Notes: generated by a model not told the origin, from the letters alone. A DNA stretch of 64,000 bases from Moheibacter sp. (GCA_035515075.1 DATJBZ010000012.1:2360-66359), one strand, 5' to 3'. Shown: positions 7,200-19,981, counted from the first letter of the stretch. A program made the numbers and translations.

Positions 7200-8348
7200 T
7201 TATATTGGAATGGGTGGGTTATTTTCTATGAAATTCACCACAAGTTCTGGATCATCAGTGAGATAGAGTAGTTCTTTATATTTTCTGCCTACGGCCAATT
7301 GATGCAAAACGGAGTACAAAGCGGTGTCTTCGGTGTATCTTTTCTTGCCTAGAAAGATCATTGGACTGTAAAAGCCGAAAGTGCCATAGTGGTTTTGTGC
7401 AGCTTCTTGGAAAATTTCTTGGGTAGTTCCTGCGCTGCCTGGCGCATAAACAATTCCATACAGACAAATCGCCAAAAGAATGTCCTCACGGATGCTGTTG
7501 GAAAAGTACTTGGCAATGTCACAAGCAAACAAATTGGAAGGTTCATGACCGTAAAACCAAGTCGGAATCGCCAAGCTGGAGGTGCCATCTGGAAACTTTT
7601 CTAAGACGGTCAATGATTGTTCGAAATAATTGGACACCAAATAATCCATTTGGTCCTCGCTGTCATACTTTAAATCGCTTAAAAGTAAAATGGCATCCAC
7701 CAAGTCCTCTTCTGAGTATTTGGCCATGTAAGCGCCTAAATTTGCTGCCTCCATGATGCCAGGTCCACCACCAGTTGCGATATAATAATCTTTTTGCGCC
7801 AACTCTTGCGCAGCCAAGGCCACTTTGACATAATATTCCGAACCTCTTTTTGTGGCATGTCCGCCCATGAAGCCGACGATTTTCTTTTGTGTCATGCCGA
7901 AATCATCGTATTCGATCAAGTTTCTCAACGCAACATCAATCGAATAATCATGGATCCGCTGTGCCATGGCTTCTTCCATCGAAGGCGTGTACTTGTTTTT
8001 CATGAAATGTTGGTAAATCTTGAAATCGGGGCTTTCCGCCATGTTGGTTAAATTCTCGCCCATCAATTCTTGCCAAGTGTACAATTCTGTTCGATGGGGT
8101 TGAAAAGGCAATCCCGCAAATTTTGGGTAGACCAAAGCACCATTGCTGATCAAGTAAATCGCTTCTTCTTTGTGGAAATCACAGCCTAAGAAAGTGGTGG
8201 ATTGAATATTGTATTTTGTCCAATCAACTTGTAGAGGAATGAAATCGATGTTTTGGAAAACTTTTCCTTTCAAATTGAGGGTGTGTGCAACCAGTTCATT
8301 CCATTCTTGGGTTGAACGGATCAAGTTGATAAATCTTCTTAATGACAT
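7200..8348 (-). CDS. LOG-family (lysine-decarboxylase-like / nucleotide nucleosidase-like) protein with an N-terminal extension
   Basis: GGGPGIMEA and PGSAGTTQEIFQ (PGGxGTxxE-like) motifs. The start was moved to MSLRRF (8348) to avoid overlap with corA. Confidence 0.7.
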   Translation of the reverse strand: MSLRRFINLIRSTQEWNELVAHTLNLKGKVFQNIDFIPLQVDWTKYNIQSTTFLGCDFHKEEAIYLISNGALVYPKFAGLPFQPHRTELYTWQELMGENLTNMAESPDFKIYQHFMKNKYTPSMEEAMAQRIHDYSIDVALRNLIEYDDFGMTQKKIVGFMGGHATKRGSEYYVKVALAAQELAQKDYYIATGGGPGIMEAANLGAYMAKYSEEDLVDAILLLSDLKYDSEDQMDYLVSNYFEQSLTVLEKFPDGTSSLAIPTWFYGHEPSNLFACDIAKYFSNSIREDILLAICLYGIVYAPGSAGTTQEIFQEAAQNHYGTFGFYSPMIFLGKKRYTEDTALYSVLHQLAVGRKYKELLYLTDDPELVVNFIENNPPIPI

Positions 8349-8389
8349 ATTGAATTGAATAAATTTAGTATAAAAATAATTAATTGAAC

Positions 8390-9286
8390 CTACAGAAATC
8401 TTTTGCGTTTGAACCAAAAGAAAATGACCAAAAAGGTAATAATCATGATGACTGACAAAAGATAAAATCCTGCTTTTTCATTCAAACCGGGTAGGTTATC
8501 AAAATTCATCCCATAAAAACCGGTGATGAAAGTCAATGGCAAGAAAAAGGCGGAAAAAACCGTCAAAACCTTCATGATTTCGTTGGAACGTTGGTCCGAA
8601 AAAGACAAAGTCAAAGTAAACAAACTGTGGATGTCCTCGGTATTTTGGTTGTGCAAATGCAGCAATTTCAAATTCATTTCATGTAAATTCTTGAATGAAG
8701 CTGGATTTTTGGTGAATACTTTGAATTCGTTGAGCACATCACGGGTGAGCATTAGCAATTTGCTGCAAGCGGAAGATTCGCGTTTGAGTTGGTATAGTTT
8801 TTTTAAATTGATTTTCAATTCTTTTTCGTTGGCAAACAAAGATTCTTCATATAACTCAATTTGTTTGGCGATTCTTTCTGAAGGAGCTTGGTAGCTGAAG
8901 AGCGCGTGTTCAGCAATTTTATAAAACAATTGATTGCTTGACCCATTTGATTTCAAAGCCAATTCATTTTTGATCTCTTGCCAAAAGGGCACTTTTTTTT
9001 GATGGATGGTAATCAGGAAATCTTTTCCTTTGAAAATGCCGATTTTATGGCTAAACTCTCGAATTTGGTTGGTGTTGGATCTAGGATTTTTGACATAAAA
9101 CCGCAACAAGATGAAGTCAAAATTTTCTGAATGTTCAAATTTGGGCAAATGACCAATTTCGTTGGCATCGTCCAAAGTATAGGCGGTTAAACCAAATTGT
9201 TCCCGGTATTTTCGGATGGTTTCCTCGCTGGGTTTTTCCAAATTGTACCAAGTGAATTGTTCGTTTTTAAAAAAGATTTCTTCCAT
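8390..9286 (-). CDS. corA: CorA-family divalent cation transporter
   Basis: C-terminal two TM helices with the FYGMNF (GMN) signature. Confidence 0.8.
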   Translation of the reverse strand: MEEIFFKNEQFTWYNLEKPSEETIRKYREQFGLTAYTLDDANEIGHLPKFEHSENFDFILLRFYVKNPRSNTNQIREFSHKIGIFKGKDFLITIHQKKVPFWQEIKNELALKSNGSSNQLFYKIAEHALFSYQAPSERIAKQIELYEESLFANEKELKINLKKLYQLKRESSACSKLLMLTRDVLNEFKVFTKNPASFKNLHEMNLKLLHLHNQNTEDIHSLFTLTLSFSDQRSNEIMKVLTVFSAFFLPLTFITGFYGMNFDNLPGLNEKAGFYLLSVIMIITFLVIFFWFKRKRFL

Positions 9287-9417
9287 AGAATTGAATTCTA
9301 TCCGAATTTAATAAGAAATATTGGAAATGAGTGCAGCTTGAAAGAATGGGCACAACTTCATTAGAAATTAATGGGGGATGCTTACCTTTGCCCATTCATA
9401 TTAAAAAAAGTTAAAAA

Positions 9418-10713
9418 ATGAGCGGATTGATACAAGAGTTACAATGGCGCGGTTTGATTCACAACATCATGCCAGGGACGGAGGAGCAACTTGAAAAAGA
9501 GATGACGACTGGTTATTGTGGATTTGACCCGACGGCGGACTCTCTTCATGTGGGAAGCTTGGTACCGATAATTCTGCTGATGCATTTGCAAAAAAATGGG
9601 CACCGTCCTGTGGCATTGGTGGGTGGAGCGACCGGTATGATTGGTGATCCAACAGGAAAATCAGCCGAAAGAAACCTTTTGGATGAAGCGACATTGGACC
9701 GATTTGTTGCAGGAATTCATGCGCAATTAGAGCGCTTTCTTGATTTTGACCCTTCGAAACCCAATGCGGCTTTGATGGTCAACAACTATGACTGGATGAA
9801 AGATTTCAGTTTCTTGGATTTCATCAGAAATGTCGGCAAACACATCACAGTCAATTATATGATGGCCAAGGATTCGGTGAAAAGTCGGTTGAGTGCAGAA
9901 TCTTCTGTGGGCATGTCTTTTACGGAATTTTCTTATCAATTGATCCAAGGATACGATTATTTGCATTTGTACAAAAACTTAGGGGTAAAATTGCAGTTTG
10001 GGGGTTCTGACCAATGGGGAAATATCACCACGGGTTCTGAATTGATTCGTAGAATGGTGCAAGGAGAAGCTTTTGCATTTACTTGTCCATTGACCACCAA
10101 ATCAGATGGCAATAAATTTGGGAAAAGTGAAGGCGGAGAAAATGTTTGGTTGGACAAGGAGAGAACTTCACCGTATAAATTTTACCAATTTTGGTTGAAC
10201 CAAGCCGATGAAGATGCGAAGAAATACATCAAGATTTATACTTTTCTCAGCCAAGAAGAGATTCAGCAATTAATCGCTCAACATGATGAAGCACCGCATT
10301 TGCGTGAATTGCAAAAGAAATTGGCAGAAGAAGTAACGGCCATGGTGCATGGACAAGAAGAATTGGAAAAAGCGATCAAGGCTTCTGAAATTCTTTTTGG
10401 AAAATCCACCGCGGAGGATTTGAAGTCATTGGATGCAGCTACATTTTTAGCGGTTTTTGAAGGAGTACCTCAAGCAAAAATTGCACAAAGTGATTTGGCT
10501 GTAGGATTGGACATCGTGGAGGTTTTGTCAGAGAAAACCCAATTTTTGAGCTCAAAGAGTGAAGCGAGAAGGGATTTGAAAGCCAATGCGATTTCGGTCA
10601 ATAAAGAAAAAGTTGAAGAAGGGTTTCAACTGACTTCAAATGATTTGATTGCGGATCATTATGTGTTGTTGCAAAAAGGAAAAAGAAATTATTTCATCTT
10701 GATTGTTGAATAA
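9418..10713 (+). CDS. tyrS: tyrosine--tRNA ligase
   Basis: Class I motifs (LHVGSL for HIGH, KFGKS for KMSKS), GGSDQWGNI, and a C-terminal S4-like domain. Confidence 0.95.
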   Translation: MSGLIQELQWRGLIHNIMPGTEEQLEKEMTTGYCGFDPTADSLHVGSLVPIILLMHLQKNGHRPVALVGGATGMIGDPTGKSAERNLLDEATLDRFVAGIHAQLERFLDFDPSKPNAALMVNNYDWMKDFSFLDFIRNVGKHITVNYMMAKDSVKSRLSAESSVGMSFTEFSYQLIQGYDYLHLYKNLGVKLQFGGSDQWGNITTGSELIRRMVQGEAFAFTCPLTTKSDGNKFGKSEGGENVWLDKERTSPYKFYQFWLNQADEDAKKYIKIYTFLSQEEIQQLIAQHDEAPHLRELQKKLAEEVTAMVHGQEELEKAIKASEILFGKSTAEDLKSLDAATFLAVFEGVPQAKIAQSDLAVGLDIVEVLSEKTQFLSSKSEARRDLKANAISVNKEKVEEGFQLTSNDLIADHYVLLQKGKRNYFILIVE

Positions 10714-10737
10714 CTTCAATCGAAAATAATTCAATAT

Positions 10738-10768
10738 AAAAAAGGAGCTCAAAATTGAGCTCCTTTTT
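10738..10768. terminator. bidirectional rho-independent terminator between tyrS and groEL
   Basis: GGAGCTC-aaaatt-GAGCTCC flanked by an A6 run and a T5 run. Confidence 0.65.
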
Positions 10769-10792
10769 GTATTCAAGATGTTCATTGACTGA

Positions 10793-12436
<1,644 letters not shown>

Positions 12437-12520
12437 TTATATATGATATAAAAAGATTAGATGGTTAAATTATCAAGACAAAAGTACATCGTACAATATA
12501 CTTTTTACTCAATACATGAA

Positions 12521-12799
12521 TTAAACAATTGCTAAAATATCCGATTCTCTCATGATCAAGTAATCTTTACCTTCCCACTTTAATTCTGTTCCAGCATATT
12601 TGCCATAGAGTACATTGTCCCCTACTTTTACGGTCAATGGTTCATCTACTTTTCCATTACCTACTGCAATGACGCTTCCTTGTTGAGGTTTCTCTTTTGC
12701 AGTGTCTGGAATGATGATTCCTGATGCCGTTTGAGTTTCAGCTGCTGCTGGTAACACCAACACGCGATCTGCCAATGGTTGAATTGTAATTTCTGACAT
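12521..12799 (-). CDS. groES: co-chaperonin GroES
   Basis: 92 aa, [10 protein letters not shown]...[13 protein letters not shown]...[13 protein letters not shown], directly upstream of groEL. Confidence 0.97.
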   Translation of the reverse strand: MSEITIQPLADRVLVLPAAAETQTASGIIIPDTAKEKPQQGSVIAVGNGKVDEPLTVKVGDNVLYGKYAGTELKWEGKDYLIMRESDILAIV

Positions 12800-13101
12800 A
12801 GTTATTATTTTAATTAATTGAACATTTTATGAATTTAATGATGCTAAAAGAACGAAAACTATGCCAAGCAATGTTCAAGCATTTAATGACAGTTTTTTCT
12901 GTCAAATTGAAATTGAATCGCTTTCCTAACTGACAAAATGACGTTTTTTTTTGTGTACAATCCTTCCAAAATCAAATTCTGAAATAATTGCATTTCTTTT
13001 CATGATTTATCTTGTCAATCTTTGTCATGAATGTGGCATGAAGATTGAATATTTACCACGCTTGGAAAATGATTTTCAATTATTTCCTAAAGTTGAAAGC
13101 A

Positions 13102-14571
13102 ATGCAGAAGAGAAGGTTAAATATCATCATACTTGTTTATTTAATGTTGGGGTTTTTGAGCAATTCATTGATAGCCAATGTTAATTTCTTTGGATCAACC
13201 CCCGTCGAACAACCTGCTATCGATGCTATGATCGCATTGGCAGACGAAGAATTTAAGCAAGAAAAATACGCCGAAGCTGAGAAGCTCTACGAAACCATAC
13301 TCGAACAATCCAAAAAAGAAGCTTATTCAAAAGGTTTGGTCTATGCGTATTTGGGATTTTCCAGCATTTATTTTGTCCAATCCAAAATTGAATTGTCCAC
13401 GGATTATTTGATCAAAGCCAAAGCACAAGCTTTTGCACAAAACAATCCCAAAGTTCTCGGTGAAATTTATTTTAGTGAAGCTTTGAACATGCATGCGATC
13501 GGTTTATTGGATCAAGCCATTGAAAGATACCACGAAAGTTTGTCGATGTTGAATCAAATCGAAGACGAAGCTGAGCGTGATGAAAAAGCTTTGGTGGCCT
13601 ACAACAACATCGGCGATGCCTACCAATTGCTCAGTCAAAAAGATTCGGCCTTGTACTATTACAAATTGGCGTACAATTCACCCACAGACAATCCCAACAG
13701 CAAATTTACCAGTGCAGCGAGCATTGCGGATTTGTACATTGACGATGGTGCATTTGATTCTGCCAAAACCTATTTGAGTTTTACCGAATACTACGCCGAC
13801 CAAATCAATACCAATTTTTCAAAATCAATTTCGAGTGAAATTTTTGGCAAATATTACCAAGGCATTGGTCAATACGAAGAGGCAATTGCTTTGTATAAAA
13901 CATCGATTGCACTCAATGATCAAATCAAGCGCCCGAGAGCACAGTTGTTGAAGTTATTGTCTGAAACCTATCGAAAAAATGGGGAAGAACAAGCGGCCAA
14001 TAATTATTTGAAAAAATATGTTTATTTAAAGGATAGCTTGGACCATGTCTCTTTGGCCAACTTGAAAGCCGTACCTTCTTTGATGGATGCCTCATCAAAC
14101 AATGTCAATCCACAAGAAGCAAAAGCCAGCACTAAATGGTATTACATCACAGCGATTTTATTGATTTTGAGCGGAGGATTTTTTTACATCAAACAATTGA
14201 AATCCAAAAGGCGCAAAGGAAAGCAGGAAAATTTACAGCTCAAAAAGAAATTGAACAATGCATTTGAAGAAGTGGTGGAATTGGCAGAAAGCAATTCTCC
14301 GAATTTCTTGGCACGTTTCATTGAAGTTTATCCTGAATTGTACAACCAGTTGATCACGGATTGTCCCGAATTGACGACGGCAGACCTCAAGGTTTGTGCA
14401 TTGTTGAAATTGGATTATTCGACCAAAGAAATCGCTGAAATCACTTTTAGTTCATTGAGAACCGTTCAAAATCGAATGTACAAAATCCGCAAAAAGTTGA
14501 ATTTGAATTCCGAAGAGAAATTAGATCGTTGGATCCAAACTTTGCACATCGAAAGCTTGAACCAAGTTTAA
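13102..14571 (+). CDS. membrane-anchored TPR-repeat protein with a C-terminal LuxR-type HTH
   Basis: N-terminal signal/TM, TPR-like A..Y..A repeats, an internal TM (WYYITAILLILSGGFFYI), and the C-terminal LTTADLKVCALLKLDYSTKEIAEITFSSLRTVQNRMYKIRKKL. Confidence 0.7.
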   Translation: MQKRRLNIIILVYLMLGFLSNSLIANVNFFGSTPVEQPAIDAMIALADEEFKQEKYAEAEKLYETILEQSKKEAYSKGLVYAYLGFSSIYFVQSKIELSTDYLIKAKAQAFAQNNPKVLGEIYFSEALNMHAIGLLDQAIERYHESLSMLNQIEDEAERDEKALVAYNNIGDAYQLLSQKDSALYYYKLAYNSPTDNPNSKFTSAASIADLYIDDGAFDSAKTYLSFTEYYADQINTNFSKSISSEIFGKYYQGIGQYEEAIALYKTSIALNDQIKRPRAQLLKLLSETYRKNGEEQAANNYLKKYVYLKDSLDHVSLANLKAVPSLMDASSNNVNPQEAKASTKWYYITAILLILSGGFFYIKQLKSKRRKGKQENLQLKKKLNNAFEEVVELAESNSPNFLARFIEVYPELYNQLITDCPELTTADLKVCALLKLDYSTKEIAEITFSSLRTVQNRMYKIRKKLNLNSEEKLDRWIQTLHIESLNQV

Positions 14572-14635
14572 TTCATTTTATAAAATTATTTTTCTCCTAT
14601 TTTCTAAGTCTTAAATAAGCTTGTATTTTTGCCGC

Positions 14636-16534
14636 ATGATCATGGTGCAAAATTTAGGCGTTCATTTCGCTGGAAGTTATTTATTTGACAATGTTTCCTT
14701 TCGTATCAACAAAGGAAATCGTGTCGGTTTGGCGGGTAAAAATGGTGCAGGGAAATCCACACTTTTGAAAATTCTAGCCAAAGAGCAAATCTCTGATGAA
14801 GGAGATGTGGTGTATGAAGGGGAAATCAGCGTAGGTTTTTTGCGACAAGACATCGATTTTGAAAAGGGAAGAACGGTTTGGGAAGAAGCTGGAAAGGCTT
14901 TTGAAGAACTCAATTCCCTTCAAAAAAGAATGGATGAAACCAACCGCCAACTGACAGAAAGGACCGACTATGAAAGTGATGCTTATACGCAGTTGATCGA
15001 AGATATCACTCATTTGACGGATCGTTTCACTTTATTGGGCGGTTATACCAAGGATGCAGACATGGAGAAAATTCTGCTGGGATTGGGTTTCAAAGCGGAG
15101 GATTTTCACCGACAAACCACAGAGTTTTCTGGCGGTTGGAGAATGCGTGTGGAATTGGCAAAATTGCTTTTACAAAAACACGACGTACTGTTGCTGGATG
15201 AGCCGACGAACCATTTGGACATTGATTCGATTGTGTGGTTGGAGGAATTTCTACAAGACTACATCGGTGCGGTCGTTTTGGTTTCGCACGACAAATTATT
15301 TTTGGACAATGTGACCAACCGAACTTTAGAGATTTCCAACAAACAAATCCATGATTACAAAGCGAATTATTCAAAATACATCGAATTGCGCCAAGAAAGG
15401 CGTGAGAAAATGGCCCAATCGCAGAAAAATCAAGAACAATACATCAAACATACCCAACAGCTGATTGAGAAATTTAGAGCGAAAGCGTCCAAAGCGGCGA
15501 CTGCACAATCCTTGATCAAAAAGTTGGATAAACTTGATATCATCGAAGTAGAAAATGAAGATGTGCATAAGATGAACATCCGTTTCAATTCAGCGGTTAC
15601 GCCCGGTAAAATCATTTTTGAATTGGAAAATGTCGGCAAAGCCTATGGTGAAAAACAGATTTTTGACCAAGTTTCCTTTTTTGTGAACCGCGGTGAGAAA
15701 ATTGCTTTTGTTGGTCAAAACGGTCAAGGAAAAACGACTTTGGCGCGGGTGATGGTCGATGGATTGGACCACAGTGGCGTGATCAAATTGGGACACAATG
15801 TCGAAGTGGGCTATTTTGCGCAAAACCAAGCCGATGTGTTGAATGAAAAATGGTCGGTTTTGGAAGAGGCTGAATATGCTTCGACCGAAGAGACACGCAA
15901 GCAAGTTCGGGATGTTTTGGGCGCGTTTTTGTTTCGAGGAGAAGAAGTCGAAAAGAAAGTATCGGTGCTGTCAGGAGGAGAACGCAATCGTTTGGCTTTG
16001 GCGAAATTGTTGTTGAAACCTTTCAATGTTTTGGTCATGGATGAGCCGACGAACCACTTGGACATTCAATCCAAAGAAATTCTCAAGAGAGCTTTGCAGA
16101 ATTTTGATGGAACCTTGATTTTGGTTTCGCACGACAGGGAATTTTTGGATGGCTTGGCCAACAAAGTCTTTGAATTCAAAGAAGGAAAAGTCATCGAGTT
16201 TTTGGGGGGCATCAATGACTATTTGACCGAAAGAAAGGCGCAGAATTTCCGTGTCATCGAGGCAGTTATTCAAGAGAAAAAAGAAATTGTTGCAACAAAG
16301 ATTGAAAAAGCAGAATTGAGCCAAGAGGAAATCAAGGAGCAAAAACGCATCAAAAATCGAATTGGGAAAATTGAAGAAGAAATCGCTTCGATCGAAGGCC
16401 AAATCGCTACTTTAGAAAAGATTTTTGAAACTTCACATACCGATGAAGACCAAGAAAAATACAATCAATTGAACCAACAATTGGAACAAACCATGAAAGA
16501 ATGGGAGGAGTTGATGTTGTTGGTGGAAGGGTGA
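14636..16534 (+). CDS. ABC-F family ATPase (two ABC domains, no TM domain, C-terminal coiled coil)
   Basis: Two Walker A sites (GKNGAGKST, GQNGQGKTT), two LSGG signatures (FSGGWRMR, LSGGERNR), and two Walker B sites (LLLDEPTNHLD, LVMDEPTNHLD). Confidence 0.9.
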   Translation: MIMVQNLGVHFAGSYLFDNVSFRINKGNRVGLAGKNGAGKSTLLKILAKEQISDEGDVVYEGEISVGFLRQDIDFEKGRTVWEEAGKAFEELNSLQKRMDETNRQLTERTDYESDAYTQLIEDITHLTDRFTLLGGYTKDADMEKILLGLGFKAEDFHRQTTEFSGGWRMRVELAKLLLQKHDVLLLDEPTNHLDIDSIVWLEEFLQDYIGAVVLVSHDKLFLDNVTNRTLEISNKQIHDYKANYSKYIELRQERREKMAQSQKNQEQYIKHTQQLIEKFRAKASKAATAQSLIKKLDKLDIIEVENEDVHKMNIRFNSAVTPGKIIFELENVGKAYGEKQIFDQVSFFVNRGEKIAFVGQNGQGKTTLARVMVDGLDHSGVIKLGHNVEVGYFAQNQADVLNEKWSVLEEAEYASTEETRKQVRDVLGAFLFRGEEVEKKVSVLSGGERNRLALAKLLLKPFNVLVMDEPTNHLDIQSKEILKRALQNFDGTLILVSHDREFLDGLANKVFEFKEGKVIEFLGGINDYLTERKAQNFRVIEAVIQEKKEIVATKIEKAELSQEEIKEQKRIKNRIGKIEEEIASIEGQIATLEKIFETSHTDEDQEKYNQLNQQLEQTMKEWEELMLLVEG

Positions 16535-16620
16535 ATTGAAACATCTAGGACTACATGAGTTTGAAAATTAGTCGTGGGTGTTTTTTTGAACACAGATAAA
16601 AGAATTTTAATAAAAATAAG

Positions 16621-17976
16621 ATGCTACGATATTGGAAGATTTTTTTAGTTGTATTTACAATTGTTTTTGTTGTTTTCTTTCAATCTTATTGGCTTTTGAA
16701 TGCTTATGAAAATCAGAAAAATGAAATATTGACACAAATCTCATTGGAAGTTCAGCGCGTTTTAACGAATGAACTGATCATTCAAAATACTTCGAGAGTG
16801 GATGAGGTTTTTGATGATGAGATTAAATCGGTCATTAGGGACAAACTTTCTGATATTATCAATGTTCATTCATTGAGTGAGTTGGGTGGGGAATTAATGA
16901 TAACAGTTGATGGTGAGGATGATGAGGGTGATAAGGTTGTTTATTCTAATAAGAATCACCGTGAAGTAGTACAGTTCGATAGTTTGATTTATGGAGAGGT
17001 ACAGTCTTACATTCAGAAGACCTACAAAGATGCAAAGTTTGTTGTTTACTTTGAATATGAAAATGAGTTGAAGACTTATCCTAAGAATTCGGTCATCCAA
17101 AGTGCAAATACAACAGAGAGCATTAAATCTTTATCTTCTCCTCTGTATTCTGTTCGTGTTCATGTAGTTAATTTGCCAAGCGTTATTTTAGAGAAGATGT
17201 ACGATAAGATTCTTTTTTCAGTGTTGTACATTGTTCTTTTTTTAAGCACTGTTTTTTTACTAAATTATAATGTGAAAATTAACCGTAGATTGTTAAAGAA
17301 TAAAGAGATTTTCACAAGAAATGTCACTCATGAATTGAAAATACCAATTTCTACAATCATGATTGCTGCAGAAGCATTTGAAAAGTATGATTTGGTCAAA
17401 GAGCCAAAAGCAGCTAAAAAATATATACATACGATCAAGCGGGCTAGTGAGCAATTGTCATTTTTTGTAGATTCTATTTTACAACATGCAAAAGCAGAGA
17501 ATGGAGGTGAAAAGATGGAGGTCATTAATTTATTGGAATTATTGGAGGAAGTGAAAACAAGCTTATCTCAAATCATTCATGAAAAAAAAGTGAGCATATT
17601 GTTTGAAAATATTCCAAAAGACCTTTGTATCCAAGGTGATTTTAGTGCAATGAAACAAGTTTTTCTTAATTTATTTGACAATTCAATCAAGTATTCGGTA
17701 GAGTCTCCTAAAATCATTGTAAAAGCTGAAAGGGCAAAAGATCGGGTGGTTTTAAAGGTCATTGATAACGGAATTGGCATCCCAAAAGATCATTTAGAGG
17801 ATGTTTTTAGTGCTTATTTTCGGGTGGCTAATAAGGATGTTTATGATGTCAAAGGTTATGGTTTAGGATTAAGTTTTGTGAAATCGACATTAAAAAATCA
17901 AAATGGCCATGTGAGGATTGTAGAGTCAAGTCCTTTGGGAACAATTATAGAATTAAATATTGCAGCAAATGTATAA
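16621..17976 (+). CDS. sensor histidine kinase (two TM helices flanking a ~150 aa extracytoplasmic domain)
   Basis: H box THELKIPIS, N box LFDNSIKYS, G1 DNGIGIP, G2 GYGLGLS. Confidence 0.85.
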   Translation: MLRYWKIFLVVFTIVFVVFFQSYWLLNAYENQKNEILTQISLEVQRVLTNELIIQNTSRVDEVFDDEIKSVIRDKLSDIINVHSLSELGGELMITVDGEDDEGDKVVYSNKNHREVVQFDSLIYGEVQSYIQKTYKDAKFVVYFEYENELKTYPKNSVIQSANTTESIKSLSSPLYSVRVHVVNLPSVILEKMYDKILFSVLYIVLFLSTVFLLNYNVKINRRLLKNKEIFTRNVTHELKIPISTIMIAAEAFEKYDLVKEPKAAKKYIHTIKRASEQLSFFVDSILQHAKAENGGEKMEVINLLELLEEVKTSLSQIIHEKKVSILFENIPKDLCIQGDFSAMKQVFLNLFDNSIKYSVESPKIIVKAERAKDRVVLKVIDNGIGIPKDHLEDVFSAYFRVANKDVYDVKGYGLGLSFVKSTLKNQNGHVRIVESSPLGTIIELNIAANV

Positions 17977-18661
17977 AGCTCGGATATTGTACTTAGAAGA
18001 CGATCTGGATTTGGGAGAAACAACTTTAGATATGTTCCTTAGAGAAGGATACTTTGTCAAATGGGTGAAAGGCGGTTTAGATGGTTTGAAAGCGATAGAA
18101 GACGATGTATTTGACATTGTAGTGGCAGACATTATGATGCCTCAGTTGGATGGTTATTCATTTTTGCAAACGATCCGAGAAAAAGGACAGCAAATTCCAT
18201 TGATCTATTTGTCGGCAAGAGTATTGACAGAAGATATTATCAAAGGCTTTTCAATCGGTGCAGATGATTACATAAGAAAGCCATTTAGTTTTGATGAGTT
18301 GGTAGTGAGGATTGAAAGGTTGTTGAAAAATAACATTCCTCATCAAAGTTCTGAAAAAGAAACGTTTTCTATTGGCTTATATACATTTCGTAGAGATACT
18401 TTTGAACTAAGTTGGGAAGTTGGGAAGGTGATATTATCCCCTAGATTAGGAGAGATTTTATTCCGATTTATCACAAGTCATGACAACATTTTATTAAGGA
18501 AAAAGACACTTTTGGATCTTTGGGGAGATGATAGTTTTTTCAATGGACGAAGTTTGGATGTCTTTATTTCTAAACTAAGAAAGCAATTGTCTGGGGATCC
18601 TAACATAAAAATCATCACCATTCGCGGTGTGGGTTATAAGTTGGTAGTCAGTCAACAGTGA
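17969..18661 (+). CDS. OmpR/PhoB-family response regulator (receiver plus winged helix)
   Basis: Receiver residues (LEDD, ADIMMPQLDG, K in IRKPF) and a C-terminal winged helix (LRKQL...IITIRGVGYKL). The start overlaps the kinase stop (ATGTATAA). Confidence 0.85.
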   Translation: MYKARILYLEDDLDLGETTLDMFLREGYFVKWVKGGLDGLKAIEDDVFDIVVADIMMPQLDGYSFLQTIREKGQQIPLIYLSARVLTEDIIKGFSIGADDYIRKPFSFDELVVRIERLLKNNIPHQSSEKETFSIGLYTFRRDTFELSWEVGKVILSPRLGEILFRFITSHDNILLRKKTLLDLWGDDSFFNGRSLDVFISKLRKQLSGDPNIKIITIRGVGYKLVVSQQ

Positions 18662-18670
18662 TTTTAATTC

Positions 18671-18704
18671 AAGCAATGGTCAAAGTTGAATTTGACCATT
18701 GCTT
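18671..18704. terminator. bidirectional terminator between the response regulator and the convergent operon
   Basis: Perfect 14-bp stem AAGCAATGGTCAAA/TTTGACCATTGCTT with a 6-nt loop. Confidence 0.65.
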
Positions 18705-18712
18705 TGGTTTAA

Positions 18713-19132
18713 TTATTCACCACTTACTTGTTTAGTCTCTGTGATAACATCTTTTAAAATGTCTAATTCGATGATTTTTCCATCTTTATTAAAAGTGAAT
18801 GATCGAGTCATCTCCATGAATAGAATATCGTAGGATGTTTCGATGTGCGTATTGTCTCCTTCTTCAGTTATTTGTATTACCTCATAAGAGGTAGGGATCG
18901 GAAATTGTTCTATGATTTGCGGGACGATGACATCATTCATCCCTGTAGGCAGATCGCCGATTTTCACATTTTCGTCTAAAAGAGGTTTCATTAGTTCGTA
19001 GTTTTGTTTTTTAAATGCTTCAAAAATCAGGTCTAATTCTGCTCCATAGTCTTTTTTTGCTTGTGCTGAAATTGAGACAGAGAAGAGTAAGGTTAAGACG
19101 GATGTTAAAATTTTAGTTTTCATTTCTTTCAT
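18713..19132 (-). CDS. small secreted protein of unknown function
   Basis: Signal peptide ending SISAQA. Last gene of a tightly packed three-gene minus-strand run. Confidence 0.5.
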   Translation of the reverse strand: MKEMKTKILTSVLTLLFSVSISAQAKKDYGAELDLIFEAFKKQNYELMKPLLDENVKIGDLPTGMNDVIVPQIIEQFPIPTSYEVIQITEEGDNTHIETSYDILFMEMTRSFTFNKDGKIIELDILKDVITETKQVSGE

Positions 19133-19140
19133 TTACTTGA

Positions 19141-19977
19141 TTATTTTTCTACTTTTACATCGATGTTGATGGCTGGAGCGGCGATGACTGTTTTCTTCCA
19201 ATCACCATAAAATTCTCTGATATAGCCCGTTCTGAAAAGCGATGCACTAATGAGGACTTGACCATCGAATTGATTTAAAAAATGGATGGCGACAAAGAAC
19301 TTTCCTTGTACCCAGATATTTTGATCAGTTAGATCAATGGAGAAAGTTCCGTCCACTAGTTTTTCTTGGGTCAATTCAAAAGTCAGCTCTTCATCTAAAA
19401 TGTTTTTGTCAGGGAAGCCGTCTTTTTCATTATAAATGGTGTAACGAAGAACAACAGGTTGGTCAGATTCTATCGATGCTACATTGAGGTGGATAGTGTT
19501 AATTTTCGCTTTTTTCTTGGTATTGAATTGGAAGGCTGTTTCTATATTATGATTATTTTCATTGTTTTTTGGGTTTACTTCGTAGACCACAGATTTAGAT
19601 TTAGTTTTTACTCCCCAATTCTTGTCGATCATGGCTTTAGGCGCAATCACGATTTCACTCAATTCGGTGATTTCTTCTTCTAAAAATATCTTTCTGTTTT
19701 GGTGCAAAGAAAATTCTTGTTTGTTTTCTGTAAACAGTTCGTACCCTGCTACATCGATCATGATGATGGCAGTTGGATTGACTTCAGTTAAGTCAATTGT
19801 AAATTCACCATTTTCATTGGTTATGGTACCAATGTTTTCTTTCTGTATTCCAATTTTGGCATAAGGAATCGGTTGATTATCCTCTTTTGAAAAGAGAGTT
19901 CCAGAAATCACTTGTGCTTGCATAGAAATGGAACACACTAAAAATAGGATTGTTAAAATTCTCATAGTTTTTATCAT
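19141..19977 (-). CDS. secreted protein with an N-terminal carboxypeptidase-regulatory-like (CarboxypepD_reg-like) domain
   Basis: Signal peptide, then VISGTLFSKEDNQPIPYAKIGIQKENIGTITNENGEFTI, the typical pattern of that beta-sandwich. Confidence 0.55.
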   Translation of the reverse strand: MIKTMRILTILFLVCSISMQAQVISGTLFSKEDNQPIPYAKIGIQKENIGTITNENGEFTIDLTEVNPTAIIMIDVAGYELFTENKQEFSLHQNRKIFLEEEITELSEIVIAPKAMIDKNWGVKTKSKSVVYEVNPKNNENNHNIETAFQFNTKKKAKINTIHLNVASIESDQPVVLRYTIYNEKDGFPDKNILDEELTFELTQEKLVDGTFSIDLTDQNIWVQGKFFVAIHFLNQFDGQVLISASLFRTGYIREFYGDWKKTVIAAPAINIDVKVEK

Positions 19978-19981
19978 TATA

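Noticed and set aside
7200-9286. LOG-family protein plus CorA as a possible nucleotide-signalling defence pair
   Set aside because: Both look like ordinary conserved housekeeping-type genes. The apparent overlap disappears when the LOG start is placed at 8348, and there are no effector or sensor domains typical of defence systems.
12800-13101. Search for a CIRCE (TTAGCACTC-N9-GAGTGCTAA) heat-shock operator upstream of groES
   Set aside because: No match seen. Only a weak GACAG-T6-CTGTC hairpin is present. Bacteroidota generally do not use HrcA/CIRCE.
12951-13184. 77-aa ORF overlapping the 5' end of the TPR-LuxR gene
   Set aside because: It overlaps the better-supported long ORF in another frame and has no motif. 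The extended 13045 start of the long ORF was also rejected in favour of the MQKRRLN signal-peptide start at 13102.
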